64,000 nt of DNA. Origin: a plasmid. Position numbers and translations under genes: made by a program. The DNA lies in the sequence record NZ_CP090684.1, one strand, 5' to 3'. The notes beneath the pieces were generated by a model that had not been told where the DNA came from, ran no database searches, and was given only the letters and a program-made list of their open reading frames with translations. How positions within the stretch are numbered: the stretch's first letter is position 1; each line of letters starts with the position of its first letter. Shown here piece by piece: positions 31,234 through 41,985 of the stretch.

Positions 31234-31250
31234 TCCCTCGCTGACAGGTT
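31164..31250. repeat. 87-bp direct repeat, copy 2 (see 14855..14941)
   Basis: 86/87 identity to copy 1; followed by hairpin CACCGCA-gt-TGCGGTG. Confidence 0.85.
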
Positions 31251-31323
31251 CACCGCAGTTGCGGTGAGGTTCGTCCTATGCCGGACGTGGAATCCCTATG
31301 GGATTTCGCATTGGGGTTAGAAC

Positions 31324-32616
31324 ATGCTATTCATTTTCGGCACGCCGCTGCGTCGGCGTGTTCCTTGGCGTGCGCACGCGCTTGTTTCTGCGCTATTCCT
31401 CGCGGGTGTCGTTCATGCCCAGCAGGCACCGATGACGCTTGATGCTGCGCTACAGTCGGCGACCGATCGCTCCGCATCGATGCAGGCTGCGCAGGCGTCC
31501 GTCCGCGCCAGTTCCGAGGCGGCAGTCAAAGCCGGCCAACTTCCGGACCCGATGCTCAAGGCGGGTATCGACAACCTGCCGATCAACGGTCCTCAGCGCT
31601 TCACCGTCGGCCAGGACTTCATGACGATGCGGCGCATCGGCATCGAGCAGGAATGGGTCTCCGGCGACAAGCGGCGGCTGCGCTCGGCGCTCGCCGACCG
31701 AATGGTCGGGCGCGAGCGCGCCGGCTACCTCGTGCAACTCGCGAACGTGCGGCAGCAAACCGCCACGGCCTGGCTGAACGCCGTGTACGCGAAACAGGCG
31801 CTCGCCCTGCAACAGGCGCTGCTCGACCACATGCATCACGAGCTGGCTGCGACGAAGGCGTCATATCGCGGCGCCAAGGCCGGCGCGTCTGATGTGGTGC
31901 AAGCGCAGGCGATGCTTGCGCAGACTCAGGATCAGGTGCTCAAGGCGCAACAGACTTATCAAACAGCGCTCATTGGGCTGTCGCGCTGGACGGCCGCTCC
32001 CGTTTCCGAGGTGACTGGCGAACCGCCGGCGCCCGAGTCGTTCGTATCGTCGCTCCCTCCCGACGAACTGCGCCTGTCGCAGCCAACGCTCGTGGCTGCC
32101 GCGGACGACATTTCGGTCGCCGAAGCCGATACGGCAGTCGCCAACAGCGAGCGCAGCCCGAACTGGACTTGGGAGGTCGCATATCAGCAACGCGGCGGTG
32201 CGTACTCGAACATGGTGTCGATCGGCGTCACCATTCCGTTGCCATTGAATCGGAAAAATCGCCAGAACCGCGACGTCGCGGAGAAAGCCGAGCTCGCCAC
32301 GAAGGCGCGGTTGATGTACGAGGACGCGCTGCGACAGGTTCAGGCCGACATTCGCACGCAATCGGCCACGCTGGCGAGCGGACGCGAACGCATCGCCAAT
32401 TTGAGTCAGTCATTGCTGCCCGCTGCGGACCAGCGCGTGCAACTCGCCAACGCCGCCTATCGCGCGGGAAGCGGCTCGCTCGCGGACACGTTCGCGGCTC
32501 GCCGCGCGCAGCTCGAGGCCGAACTGCAGGTGCTCGACCTCAAGCGCGAAGTGTCCCAGACCTGGGCCCAGCTCGAATATCAAGTGGTGCCGTCCACGAT
32601 GGCTGCTGCGCAGTGA
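31324..32616 (+). CDS. cusC: Outer-membrane efflux protein (CusC/TolC family) of monovalent HME-RND system
   Basis: ATG 31324; signal peptide ...LAGVVHAQQ; TolC repeats; first gene of the cusCBA-like operon. Confidence 0.85.
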   Translation: MLFIFGTPLRRRVPWRAHALVSALFLAGVVHAQQAPMTLDAALQSATDRSASMQAAQASVRASSEAAVKAGQLPDPMLKAGIDNLPINGPQRFTVGQDFMTMRRIGIEQEWVSGDKRRLRSALADRMVGRERAGYLVQLANVRQQTATAWLNAVYAKQALALQQALLDHMHHELAATKASYRGAKAGASDVVQAQAMLAQTQDQVLKAQQTYQTALIGLSRWTAAPVSEVTGEPPAPESFVSSLPPDELRLSQPTLVAAADDISVAEADTAVANSERSPNWTWEVAYQQRGGAYSNMVSIGVTIPLPLNRKNRQNRDVAEKAELATKARLMYEDALRQVQADIRTQSATLASGRERIANLSQSLLPAADQRVQLANAAYRAGSGSLADTFAARRAQLEAELQVLDLKREVSQTWAQLEYQVVPSTMAAAQ

Positions 32617-32627
32617 AGGAGAACGAT

Positions 32628-34157
32628 ATGACCCAAAAACCACTGGTGCGCGCGGTGCTGACTGTATTCGCCGGCGCGGCCTTGCTCGCAGCTGGCTATT
32701 TTGCGGGCACACGCCATGCAGCAACGCCCGCGGCCGCGGCCTCGACGGTAACGGCTTCGTCAGGCGAAAAGATTGACCCGAAGACCGGCAGGAAGGTGCT
32801 GTACTGGCACGACCCGATGGTGCCGAACCAGCATTTCGACAAGCCCGGCAAGTCGCCTTTCATGAACATGCAACTGGAGCCTGTCTATGCGGACGACGGT
32901 GGCGGCTCTTCCGGCATCAAGATCGACCCGGGCCTCCAACAGAACCTCGGAATTCGCTATGCGACCGTGCGCCGGCAGGAAACGACGGGGGGATTCGACG
33001 CGGTCGGCACAACGCAATTCGACGAGTCGCGCTCGGATGTCGTGCAGTCGCGCGTTACAGGCTACATCGACCGGTTGTATGCCAGTGCGCCGATGCAACG
33101 CATCGCGAAAGGTGCGCCGATTGCGTCGTTGTTCGTTCCGGACTGGCTCGCGCCGCAGGAAGAATATCTTGCGCTCAAGCGCGGCGGCATGGATGCCAGC
33201 CTCCTCGAAGCGTCGCGTGCGAGGATGCGCGCGATGTCGATTCCGGACGGCATCATCGCGAGCCTCGACCGAACCGGGAGGGCCCAGACACACGTCGTAC
33301 TGACGTCGCCCGAGGCTGGCGTCGTTAGCGAACTGAACGTCCGTGACGGCGCGATGGTCGCGCCCGGGCAGACGCTCGCGAAGATTGCCGGCCTGTCGAA
33401 GCTCTGGCTCATCGTCGAGATTCCCGAGGCGCTCGCGCTGAGCGTACAGCCCGGCATGACGGTCGACGCGACGTTCGCCGGTGATCCGGCACAACATTTC
33501 GCCGGGCGCATTCGCGAGATCCTGCCGGGCATCAGCACCACCAGCCGCACGCTGCAGGCGCGCCTCGAAATCGACAACGCCTCGCTCAAGCTGACGCCGG
33601 GCATGCTGATGCGCGTGCGCGTTGCCGGTCAGAAGGCTGTGTCGAGACTGCTGGTGCCGTCCGAAGCGGTCATCACGACCGGCAAACGCTCGGTCGTCAT
33701 CGTGAAGAACGGTGACGGGCGCCTTCAGCCGGCGACAGTGACCGTTGGCAATGACATTGGCAGCGAAACCGAGGTGTTGAGCGGCCTGAACGATGGCGAC
33801 ACGGTCGTCGCTTCCGGCCAATTCCTGATCGATTCCGAAGCGAGCCTGAAGTCCGTGTTGCCGCGGCTGGAAGGTGGCTCAGGGGCAAGCGCAACCGCGC
33901 CGGCGTCCGCGCCTGTCGCCACTGCGCAGACCTATGAGACCACCGGCAAGGTCGAGAAAGTGACCGCCGCAGACATTACGTTCTCTCATCAACCCGTGCC
34001 GGCGCTCGGTTGGGGTGCGATGACGATGGCGTTCAACAAGCCGGCGCCGAGCGCATTCCCCGACATCAAGGCCGGACAGATGGTGCACTTCGTCTTCAAG
34101 CAGTCGGATGAAGGCTACCAACTGACGAAGGTCGAACCGGTCGGAGGCGCGCAATGA
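32628..34157 (+). CDS. cusB: Membrane fusion protein CusB/SilB type with fused C-terminal CusF-like domain
   Basis: Track ORF 32169..34157; ATG 32628 after AGGAG. MFP core plus a C-terminal domain [21 protein letters not shown] (CusF-like H/W/M-x-M metal site). Confidence 0.85.
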   Translation: MTQKPLVRAVLTVFAGAALLAAGYFAGTRHAATPAAAASTVTASSGEKIDPKTGRKVLYWHDPMVPNQHFDKPGKSPFMNMQLEPVYADDGGGSSGIKIDPGLQQNLGIRYATVRRQETTGGFDAVGTTQFDESRSDVVQSRVTGYIDRLYASAPMQRIAKGAPIASLFVPDWLAPQEEYLALKRGGMDASLLEASRARMRAMSIPDGIIASLDRTGRAQTHVVLTSPEAGVVSELNVRDGAMVAPGQTLAKIAGLSKLWLIVEIPEALALSVQPGMTVDATFAGDPAQHFAGRIREILPGISTTSRTLQARLEIDNASLKLTPGMLMRVRVAGQKAVSRLLVPSEAVITTGKRSVVIVKNGDGRLQPATVTVGNDIGSETEVLSGLNDGDTVVASGQFLIDSEASLKSVLPRLEGGSGASATAPASAPVATAQTYETTGKVEKVTAADITFSHQPVPALGWGAMTMAFNKPAPSAFPDIKAGQMVHFVFKQSDEGYQLTKVEPVGGAQ

Positions 34158-37100
34158 TTGCCCGGCTCATCCGCTGGTCCATCCACAACCGCTTCCTGGT
34201 GTTGCTCGCGACCGTGCTCGTAACGGGTTGGGGCCTGTACTCGGTCGCCGAGACACCGCTCGATGCACTGCCCGACCTGTCCGACACGCAGGTCATCATC
34301 AAAGCGTCGTATCCGGGCAAGGCGCCGCAGGTCATCGAGGACCAGGTGACGTACCCGCTCACGACGACGCTGCTCGGCGTGCCGGGGGCGAAGACCATCC
34401 GTGCGTACTCGTCGTTCGGCGATGCGTTCGTCTATGTGCTGTTCGACGACAAGACCGACCAGTATTGGGCACGTTCGCGCGTGCTCGAGTACCTGAATCA
34501 GGTGCAAAGCCGCCTGCCGCAAGGTGCGACGGTCTCGCTCGGTCCGGACGCGACCGGCGTGGGCTGGGTGTACGAGTATGCGCTCGTCGACAGGAGCGGA
34601 CGGCATGACCTCGGTCAGCTGCGCGCGCTGAACGACTGGTTCCTGAAGTTCGAGCTGAAAGCAGTGCCGGATGTCTCCGAGGTCGCCAGCATCGGCGGCA
34701 TGGTGCGCCAGTATCAGGTCGTGCTCGACCCGGACAAGCTGCGCGCGTACGGCATCACGCAGGCCGCGGTGGCCGATGCGCTTGGCAAGGCGAATCAGGA
34801 GTCGGGCGGCTCGGTGGTGGAGATGGCCGAGTCCGAGTACATGGTGCGCTCGTCTGGCTACCTGCGCTCGCTCGACGATTTCCGGCATGTCGTATTGCGG
34901 ACCAACGACGCCGGCACGCCGGTGCTGCTGGGCGACGTCGCACGCATCCAGATCGGCCCCGAGATGCGTCGCGGCATCGCGGAGCTGAACGGCCAGGGCG
35001 AGGTCGCCGGCGGCGTCATCGTGATGCGCTCGGGCAAGAATGCGCTGAAGACCATCGATGCGGTCAAGGCGAAGCTCGCCGACCTGAAGCGCTCGCTGCC
35101 ACCCGGCGTCGAAGTGGTCACCACCTACGACCGATCGCAACTCATCGAACGAGCGGTGGACAACCTGAAGGACAAGCTCATCGAGGAGTTCATCATCGTC
35201 GGGCTCGTCTGTGCCGTGTTCCTGTTTCACCTGCGCAGCGCGTTCGTCGCCATTCTGTCGTTGCCGCTTGGCGTGCTGGCCGCGTTCATTGTGATGCGCT
35301 ATCAGGGAGTCAACGCGAACCTGATGTCGCTTGGCGGCATCGCGATCGCGATCGGCGCAATGATCGACGCGGCCATCGTGATGATCGAGAACGCGCACAA
35401 ACACCTGGAAGCGTTCGATCATGAGCATCCCGATACACGGATGACCGCCGCTCAACGCTGGGAGCTCATCGCGACTTCGGCCGCCGAGGTTGGGCCGGCA
35501 TTGTTTTTCTCGCTGCTCATCATCACGCTGTCGTTCATTCCGGTGTTCTCGCTCGAAGGACAGGAAGGCAAGCTGTTCTCGCCGCTGGCGTTCACGAAGA
35601 CCTACACGATCGCGGCGGCGGCCGGCTTGTCGGTCACACTCGTGCCCGTGTTGATGGGCTATCTGATCCGCGGGCGGATTCCGCACGAAAACGCGAACCC
35701 GATCAACCGCGTGCTGATACGGTTGTATCGTCCGTTGCTCGAGGCGACGTTGCGTCGGCCGTGGACAGCCATTGGTCTCGCGGCGGTTGCCTTGGTGCTC
35801 ACGATCGTTCCGATTTCGCGTCTAGGCGGCGAATTCATGCCACCACTCGACGAGGGCGATCTGTTGTATATGCCGACCGCGCTCCCGGGCATTTCGGCCC
35901 AGAAAGCGAGCGAACTGCTGCAGCAGACCGATCGCCTGATCAAGACCGTGCCCGAGGTCGAGACGGTATTCGGCAAGTCTGGTCGCGCGGATACGGCCAC
36001 GGACCCGGCGCCACTCGAGATGTTCGAGACCACCATTCAGTTCAAGCCGCGTAGCCAGTGGCGGCCGGGCATGACGCCGGAGAAGCTGGTCGATGAGCTG
36101 GATCGGACGGTCAAGGTGCCCGGTCTGTCGAACGTATGGGTGCCGCCGATCCGCAATCGTCTCGACATGTTGTCGACCGGCATCAAGACGCCGGTGGGTG
36201 TCAAGATTTCCGGGCCGGACCTGACGCAAATCGATCGTATCGCGACCCAGGTCGAAACGGCCGTCAAAGGTGTGCCTGGCGTGACGTCGGCACTCGCGGA
36301 ACGGCTGAACGGCGGACGCTATATCGACGTGGATATCGACCGGCTTGCCGCGGCCCGCTACGGACTGTCGGTGGCCGATATCCAGTCGGTCGTGTCCTCG
36401 GCGGTGGGCGGCGAGAACGTCGGCGAGGTAATTGCGGGGCGTGAGCGTTTCCCCATCAACATCCGTTATCCACGCGAAATTCGCGACTCGCTCGAGAAAT
36501 TGCGACAGTTGCCGGTCGTCACTGACCGCGGCGCGCAAATCCAGCTCGGCGACGTCGCGCACATCACGATCGCCGACGGCCCACCGATGATTCGCAGCGA
36601 AAACGCACGGCTCTCCGGATATGTCTATGTCGATATCCGCAACACCGACCTGCAGTCCGCCGTGAAGGCGATGCAGAAGGTTGTGGCCGAGCAGGTCCAA
36701 TTGCCACCCGGTTATTCGATTGCGTGGTCGGGCCAGTTCGAGTACCTGGAACGCGCGGCGGCCAAGCTGCGCACGGTGGTCCCCGTCACGCTCGTCGTCA
36801 TCTTCGTGCTGCTGTTCCTGACCTTCAACTCGGCTGCCGATGCGCTGCTGCTGATGTCGACCGTACCGTTTGCGCTGGTCGGCGGGTTCTGGCTCATCTG
36901 GATGCTCGGCCATGCGGTGTCGGTTGCGACGTCAGTCGGATTCATCGCGCTCGCGGGCGTCGCTGCCGAATTCGGCGTGGTGATGCTGCTGTACCTGAAA
37001 GGCGCGCTCAATCGCCGGCTGGAGGATGGCGAGCCGCTCACCGAGGCGCTGCTGTTCGATGCGATCCGCGAAGGCGCCGTGCTGCGCGTGCGGCCGAAGG

Positions 37101-37360
37101 CCATGACGGTGGCCGTCGTGCTCGCGGGCCTCATTCCCATCATGGTCGGACATGGCGCCGGGTCGGAGGTCATGCAGCGGATCGCCGCGCCGATGGTCGG
37201 CGGCATGGTGACCGCACCACTTCTGTCCATGTTCGTGATTCCCGCAGCGTGGTTCCTGTTGCAGCGCCGTCGCGCGCGACAGGCGCCTGCTGCCAGTTTC
37301 CCCCAAGCAGTACCTTCCGGCACGAACGTGCCAGTCAACCAAACCGGAGAAGTCCAATGA
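34154..37360 (+). CDS. cusA: HME-RND pump, monovalent Cu(I)/Ag(I) type (CusA/SilA)
   Basis: 1068 aa; TM4 motif [15 protein letters not shown] (monovalent HME4 signature; contrast czcA); start overlaps the cusB stop (ATGA). Confidence 0.9.
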   Translation: MIARLIRWSIHNRFLVLLATVLVTGWGLYSVAETPLDALPDLSDTQVIIKASYPGKAPQVIEDQVTYPLTTTLLGVPGAKTIRAYSSFGDAFVYVLFDDKTDQYWARSRVLEYLNQVQSRLPQGATVSLGPDATGVGWVYEYALVDRSGRHDLGQLRALNDWFLKFELKAVPDVSEVASIGGMVRQYQVVLDPDKLRAYGITQAAVADALGKANQESGGSVVEMAESEYMVRSSGYLRSLDDFRHVVLRTNDAGTPVLLGDVARIQIGPEMRRGIAELNGQGEVAGGVIVMRSGKNALKTIDAVKAKLADLKRSLPPGVEVVTTYDRSQLIERAVDNLKDKLIEEFIIVGLVCAVFLFHLRSAFVAILSLPLGVLAAFIVMRYQGVNANLMSLGGIAIAIGAMIDAAIVMIENAHKHLEAFDHEHPDTRMTAAQRWELIATSAAEVGPALFFSLLIITLSFIPVFSLEGQEGKLFSPLAFTKTYTIAAAAGLSVTLVPVLMGYLIRGRIPHENANPINRVLIRLYRPLLEATLRRPWTAIGLAAVALVLTIVPISRLGGEFMPPLDEGDLLYMPTALPGISAQKASELLQQTDRLIKTVPEVETVFGKSGRADTATDPAPLEMFETTIQFKPRSQWRPGMTPEKLVDELDRTVKVPGLSNVWVPPIRNRLDMLSTGIKTPVGVKISGPDLTQIDRIATQVETAVKGVPGVTSALAERLNGGRYIDVDIDRLAAARYGLSVADIQSVVSSAVGGENVGEVIAGRERFPINIRYPREIRDSLEKLRQLPVVTDRGAQIQLGDVAHITIADGPPMIRSENARLSGYVYVDIRNTDLQSAVKAMQKVVAEQVQLPPGYSIAWSGQFEYLERAAAKLRTVVPVTLVVIFVLLFLTFNSAADALLLMSTVPFALVGGFWLIWMLGHAVSVATSVGFIALAGVAAEFGVVMLLYLKGALNRRLEDGEPLTEALLFDAIREGAVLRVRPKAMTVAVVLAGLIPIMVGHGAGSEVMQRIAAPMVGGMVTAPLLSMFVIPAAWFLLQRRRARQAPAASFPQAVPSGTNVPVNQTGEVQ

Positions 37361-37707
37361 AGAAGCTCATCGTTGTATCTGCCGCACTCGCAGCCGCTTT
37401 CGTCACGCCCGCATTTGCCGGCAACGACATGGCTGGCATGGACATGTCGACCAAAGCTTCCGCGATGAAGGCGTCGTCGAACAACGCACTCACCGACGCG
37501 GAGGTCAAGAAGGTCGACACGGCGACCGGCATGGTCACGTTGAAGCACGGCGCGCTCGAAAACGTCGGCATGCCGCCGATGACGATGGCGTTCAAAGCGA
37601 AGGATGCCGCGATGGTCAAGCAGATTAAGGAAGGCGACAAGGTCAAGGTGCGCGTTGAAGAAGTCAACGGCACCCTGACCATCGTGAAACTGGAAAAGCG
37701 TTCCTGA
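37357..37707 (+). CDS. cusF: CusF-like periplasmic Cu(I)/Ag(I) chaperone (second paralog)
   Basis: Tail of track ORF 36724..37707; ATG 37357 overlapping the cusA stop (ATGA); [17 protein letters not shown]. Confidence 0.8.
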   Translation: MKKLIVVSAALAAAFVTPAFAGNDMAGMDMSTKASAMKASSNNALTDAEVKKVDTATGMVTLKHGALENVGMPPMTMAFKAKDAAMVKQIKEGDKVKVRVEEVNGTLTIVKLEKRS

Positions 37708-37782
37708 CGAAAACATTGGTGCCCGGCGCGCAGGCGTCTGTCCGCGCGCCGGTACGCCAAAGGGGCGGCCGAGGAGACCAAC

Positions 37783-39654
37783 ATGCGCACGACATCCTCT
37801 AACACGTATCGGTACGTCTATCGAACAGCGGACGCGTTGAGTCGCATGCTTCGCTTCGTCCTTGTGCTGGTGTTCGGACTTGTATCCTTTGCGGCATACG
37901 CAGTCAACGAATCCGAATTGCTGGCGCCCGAGCAGGCATTTCCGTTGACCGTCAGCCTTGCGAGCCATAAGGAGGTCGTGCTCGACTTCAAGACGAAGCC
38001 CGGGTATTACCTGTATCGTGACCGATTCAGCTTTGCGGTGAGCGGCGCGCCGGTAAAACCGGTTGCGATGCCTCCCTCCGAAACCAAGAACGACCCCACG
38101 TTCGGTGTCGTGCAGGTCTATCACCAGCCGGTCCGAATTCTTCTTCCGCTGTCCGCCGCCGTCACGTCAAGCGCCACGCTGACGGTGACATCCCAGGGAT
38201 GTGCAGACGTTGGTGTCTGTTATCCGCCTCAGACTCGCCGCTTTCGGATCGCTGCGGACGGTGGGGTGACGCCTGCCGCGCTCGTGGGGAGCGCGAAGGG
38301 GGCGGACTTCCCTGTCGCAGAGAAAGACCGGCAGGCCACCGTACTCGGTCTACCGCTGCGGCCGGCCAATGGTATCGGCATCGCCGAAATGCTTGGCTTC
38401 CTGTTGGCGGGTCTGCTGATGGCGGGTACCGTGTGCATGTATCCGCTCATTCCGATCGTCACGGCGGTCATTGACGGTACTCGCGAGCGGTTGCCGGTAT
38501 GGCGCGGGTTCTCGCTGTCGTTGGCCTATGTGCAAGGACTGGCGATCACGTATGCGGCAGCCGGAACTGTCGCGGCCGTCATCGGCATTCCGCTCGTGGC
38601 GCTGACGCAGAAACCCTGGTTGCTGGCCACGTTCGGCATGCTCATGCTCGCGTTCGCGCTCGGTATGTTCGGCGTGTTCCGATTGCAACTGCCGACGGGT
38701 TGGCAGACGCGGTTTGCGGGATGGAGCAAGCGCTTGCCCGGCGGCCGTGTTGGGCCCGTGTTCGTGATGGGCATGTTGTCCGCGCTGATCGTAGGGCCGT
38801 GTTCCACACCGGCGCTGGCCGGCGCACTGCTCTACATCGCAAACAGTCGTGACATCTCAGGCGGTGCGCTGGCGCTGTATCTGATGGGTATCGGAATCGG
38901 CATTCCATTGTTGCTCGTCGGTACGTTCGGAACGCGCTTGCTGCCCAAGTCGGGACACTGGATGGTCGCCGTCCAGAACACGCTGGGGGTCATGCTGTTG
39001 GCCGCCGCGCTGTGGTTCGTTTATTCGCTGCTGCCCGCGTGGCTGCTGATGTCGCTGATCGCGTTGCTGCTCACCGCTTGCGGGACGATGCTGCGGGCGA
39101 TCGACCCGTTACCGGCGGATGCTACGGGCATCGCGCGAGTCGGCAAAGCGCTCGGTGTGTTGCTGCTGGTCGCTGGTATTGCCGAGTTTGTTGGCGTCGC
39201 ATCGGGCAACTTCGACATTTTGACGCCGCTGGGCGGATTGACTCGGACATCGACGTCGGCGGGCGGCGGCACAAGTGCGGCAACGCAATTCGACACGATA
39301 ACCTCGAACGCGAAGCTGGACGAGGCGCTCAAGGCAGCACGAGGTCAACCTGTCATGGTGGACTTCTACGCGGACTGGTGCATCACCTGCAAGGAACTCG
39401 AACGCTTCACGTTCACGGATGCGCGCGTGATGAACGAGTTCACGCATTGGAAGTTGCTGCGCATCGACGTGACGAAGAACACCGAGGCCGACACGGCCAT
39501 GTTGCGGCGGTTCGGTCTGTTCGGCCCTCCGGCGCTGATCTTCTTCGACAAGACTGGTCGGCCACAGCCCGATGCGCAATTGATCGGATTTATTGGCGCG
39601 GACACGTTCCTGGCCCATCTGAAGCGGTTGCAGTCGGGCGATGTGGCGCAATAG
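37783..39654 (+). CDS. dsbD: DsbD thiol:disulfide interchange protein (membrane electron transporter)
   Basis: N-terminal dsbD-alpha domain, 8-TM core with a conserved Cys pair, and a C-terminal thioredoxin-like domain with FYADWCITCK (CxxC). Start 37783 has an AGGAGA SD; alternative ATG at 37846 (MLRFVLVLVFGLVSFAAYA). Confidence 0.85.
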   Translation: MRTTSSNTYRYVYRTADALSRMLRFVLVLVFGLVSFAAYAVNESELLAPEQAFPLTVSLASHKEVVLDFKTKPGYYLYRDRFSFAVSGAPVKPVAMPPSETKNDPTFGVVQVYHQPVRILLPLSAAVTSSATLTVTSQGCADVGVCYPPQTRRFRIAADGGVTPAALVGSAKGADFPVAEKDRQATVLGLPLRPANGIGIAEMLGFLLAGLLMAGTVCMYPLIPIVTAVIDGTRERLPVWRGFSLSLAYVQGLAITYAAAGTVAAVIGIPLVALTQKPWLLATFGMLMLAFALGMFGVFRLQLPTGWQTRFAGWSKRLPGGRVGPVFVMGMLSALIVGPCSTPALAGALLYIANSRDISGGALALYLMGIGIGIPLLLVGTFGTRLLPKSGHWMVAVQNTLGVMLLAAALWFVYSLLPAWLLMSLIALLLTACGTMLRAIDPLPADATGIARVGKALGVLLLVAGIAEFVGVASGNFDILTPLGGLTRTSTSAGGGTSAATQFDTITSNAKLDEALKAARGQPVMVDFYADWCITCKELERFTFTDARVMNEFTHWKLLRIDVTKNTEADTAMLRRFGLFGPPALIFFDKTGRPQPDAQLIGFIGADTFLAHLKRLQSGDVAQ

Positions 39655-39705
39655 CGCAGCTGCCGGCGGTCGCAGCGGGACTGATCGGCGCCTATACTGG
39701 AAATC

Positions 39706-40068
39706 ATGAAATTCTGGGTCAAACTCGTTGCCTGCTTTCTGATTGCGTGGTTGCCAATGCTCGGTTACCCCGCACAGGCGGCGTTGTGTCCAGAAATGTC
39801 GTCGATGCCAGCGGTACAGCATCACATGAAGGCAGCAAGTGCGATCGAAGCGACCGGATGCACGTCCGGTACGAAGCCTCTCGGTACCAGCGATCGTCCA
39901 TCTGCGTGCCACGCGGGCATGGGAAGTGCCGTGTGCGGGATGCTGGCTATACCGATGTCGCATCGCGTCGGCATCGTCGTTTCTACGGCCGACTATCGGG
40001 CCATCACGCCGTTCCTCGCCGAGCAGTTCATTCCTGAGCTGCCAGCACCACCCCCGCGTTCGTTGTAA
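39706..40068 (+). CDS. Small secreted/membrane Cys-containing protein, putative metal-related
   Basis: MKFWVKLVACFLIAWLPMLGYPAQA signal peptide; Cys at LCPEMSSMP, GCTSG, ACHAGMGSAVCGM. Confidence 0.45.
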   Translation: MKFWVKLVACFLIAWLPMLGYPAQAALCPEMSSMPAVQHHMKAASAIEATGCTSGTKPLGTSDRPSACHAGMGSAVCGMLAIPMSHRVGIVVSTADYRAITPFLAEQFIPELPAPPPRSL

Positions 40069-40187
40069 CTCTCATCCGTCGACGCTTGCCCAGCGGTTCC
40101 GTACCGCGGCCCGAGTTCGCTCGTGGCCCGCGTATTCATCCGGGAAGCGTCGCATGTTCGATTCTTTGAATGCAGATGGAGATATAC

Positions 40188-40475
40188 ATGAACGCAAGTC
40201 ATGCACGAATGGCGGTCCTTTCCACACTATTGGTTGCAGCGAGCGCAGTGAGCTTCGCTGCCACTGGTTCAGCGTCCGGCACGTCGGCGCAAGATCGTGA
40301 GCACGGTCACGGCTCGATGATGATGGGCGGCATGATGGGTGGTTGCCCGATGATGGGGGGGAGCGCCGGACTGGACTCGAAGACCGCAATGCGAATGCAC
40401 GCCGAGATGATGCGCGCGATGAGCGACATCATGATGAAGTATTCCGACCAGGCGGGTGCGGCACCGTCAAAGTGA
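40188..40475 (+). CDS. Met-rich periplasmic protein (putative Cu/Ag binder)
   Basis: Track ORF 40170..40475; start MNASHARMAVLSTLLVAASAVSFAA; EHGHGSMMMGGMMGGCPMMGGSAG...MHAEMMRAMSDIMMKY. Confidence 0.6.
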   Translation: MNASHARMAVLSTLLVAASAVSFAATGSASGTSAQDREHGHGSMMMGGMMGGCPMMGGSAGLDSKTAMRMHAEMMRAMSDIMMKYSDQAGAAPSK

Positions 40476-40527
40476 CGCAAGCCAGACCACATGACTCGCA
40501 TTGAATTCCGCTTGACAAGGACTTCAC

Positions 40528-40755
40528 ATGAAATGCAACTGGAAAACCATGGTGGCTGTTGGGTCCGCACTGGTCGCCGTCATCGCCCTCGGGTACTGGG
40601 CATTTCCTCCGCTCAGAGGCCCGCTTGCAACGCTCGCCGTTATCGCCAGTGGGTTTATCTGCCCGCTATCGATGATTTTCATGATGCGCGGCATGCAATC
40701 TCACGCTGACGGTTCCGGTGTGGACACTCGCCTGACGGACAAAGCCGAACACTGA
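40528..40755 (+). CDS. Small 2-TM membrane protein (DUF2933-like)
   Basis: 75 aa, two hydrophobic helices, C-terminus MQSHADGSG; recurring small gene type in Cu/Ag loci (recalled). Confidence 0.4.
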   Translation: MKCNWKTMVAVGSALVAVIALGYWAFPPLRGPLATLAVIASGFICPLSMIFMMRGMQSHADGSGVDTRLTDKAEH

Positions 40756-40832
40756 GCCCGCCGACTTACGTCGGTACATCGGGCCGGAGCGATGGCATTT
40801 GCCACCGCTCCGGTCCGCTTCACGGAGCGTAT

Positions 40833-40994
40833 ATGTTCACTGGGAAACCAATCGTCAATTTCATCATTGGCCTACTCGCGGCCATCGGCCTGCTAGCGGT
40901 GCTGGGCACGGCCGCGATGTGGGGGATGCATAGCGGGATGATGCACGGCATGCTGTCGTGTGGAAGCACGATGTATCCGCGTTCCGGAACCTGA
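40833..40994 (+). CDS. Unannotated 53-aa membrane peptide with Met/His-rich tail
   Basis: Not in ORF track (<60 aa). GGAG then ATG 40833: MFTGKPIVNFIIGLLAAIGLLAVLGTAAMWGMHSGMMHGMLSCGSTMYPRSGT. Confidence 0.3.
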   Translation: MFTGKPIVNFIIGLLAAIGLLAVLGTAAMWGMHSGMMHGMLSCGSTMYPRSGT

Positions 40995-41016
40995 GCGGGA
41001 GTTTGGGAGATTGAAA

Positions 41017-41574
41017 ATGAAACGATACAAACGACATCAGTCTGGCAGCGCCGCCAACGAGCGCTCCGGTCGTGTCGTCAAGGTGAAGTTGAATCTGCTG
41101 TCTCTGCTTGCCCTGATTCTCGCGGTATCGACGGCGTTGGTTTGGGGGCCTTCACTTGTGCATTGGGCCTTTGGTCCAAAAAGCGCTGCGGTCACGCTGG
41201 AGAACACGGTCCAGCAGGTACCCGGCTGGCGAGTCGGAATGCTGCGCCCAGATGGACTGCGCATCATTTCATCGGGCGTATCGGATGCCTCGCATGTACT
41301 GAACCCGGTGCAGTTTCCCGACATTGCTGTGCGGCACGCGTACTGGGTCGCGACCCAGATCCCCGCGACGCTCAACAAGCTCTACTGCTGGTGCGGATGC
41401 GAGAACCGCGGCGAGCATCGTTCGAACCTTCAGTGCTTCGAGGACAAGATGGCGGTGTCGTGCCCGGTTTGCCAAGGCACAGCCGAAATCGCTTACCAGA
41501 TGACGCAAGCTGGTGTCCGGGACGCAGCGAAGATTCAAGCGGCAGTCGATGCAAAGTGGGCGCCGAAGGGATAG
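41017..41574 (+). CDS. Membrane-anchored periplasmic protein with CxCxC...CxxC motif (putative metal-binding; CopG/DUF411-like?)
   Basis: Track ORF 40960..41574; ATG 41017 after GGGAG; one N-terminal TM; YCWCGCENRGEHRSNLQCF...CPVCQG. Confidence 0.5.
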   Translation: MKRYKRHQSGSAANERSGRVVKVKLNLLSLLALILAVSTALVWGPSLVHWAFGPKSAAVTLENTVQQVPGWRVGMLRPDGLRIISSGVSDASHVLNPVQFPDIAVRHAYWVATQIPATLNKLYCWCGCENRGEHRSNLQCFEDKMAVSCPVCQGTAEIAYQMTQAGVRDAAKIQAAVDAKWAPKG

Positions 41575-41610
41575 CCGCCGGGCGTTTCAATTTCGAAGCA
41601 GGAGGATGTG

Positions 41611-41919
41611 ATGGAACTGAAATGCGTTGTCGCAGTGCTGCGGCCCGAGGTGCTCACCGCGCTCGAGCAGCGATTGGGTGCGTTGCACATCCATGGAATG
41701 ACGGTGACCAAGGCAAAGGGATTCGGCGCGCATCCCAACTTCTTTGGCAACGACTGGACAACGGAACACATCAGGATCGAAGTCTTTACGGTCGCAGAGA
41801 GCGTCGACGCGCTGGTCGAGGAAATTACGACGGTCGCGAACGAACAATCGGGCGGCGATGGCGTCGTGGCCGTCGTACCGGTAGAACGGTTTCTCCGAGT
41901 GCGGTCGGCGACTCCGTAA
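41611..41919 (+). CDS. PII (GlnB-like) family signal-transduction protein, heavy-metal-locus associated
   Basis: AGGAGG then ATG 41611; IHGMTVTKAKGFG matches the PII T-loop/B-loop region (GMTVTEVKGFG); 102 aa. Confidence 0.7.
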   Translation: MELKCVVAVLRPEVLTALEQRLGALHIHGMTVTKAKGFGAHPNFFGNDWTTEHIRIEVFTVAESVDALVEEITTVANEQSGGDGVVAVVPVERFLRVRSATP

Positions 41920-41985
41920 CACCGGTTTGGCGATTGTCGGTTACCGGGAAAATGCAATGAGATCAAAGGGATCCCAGCATACGAC

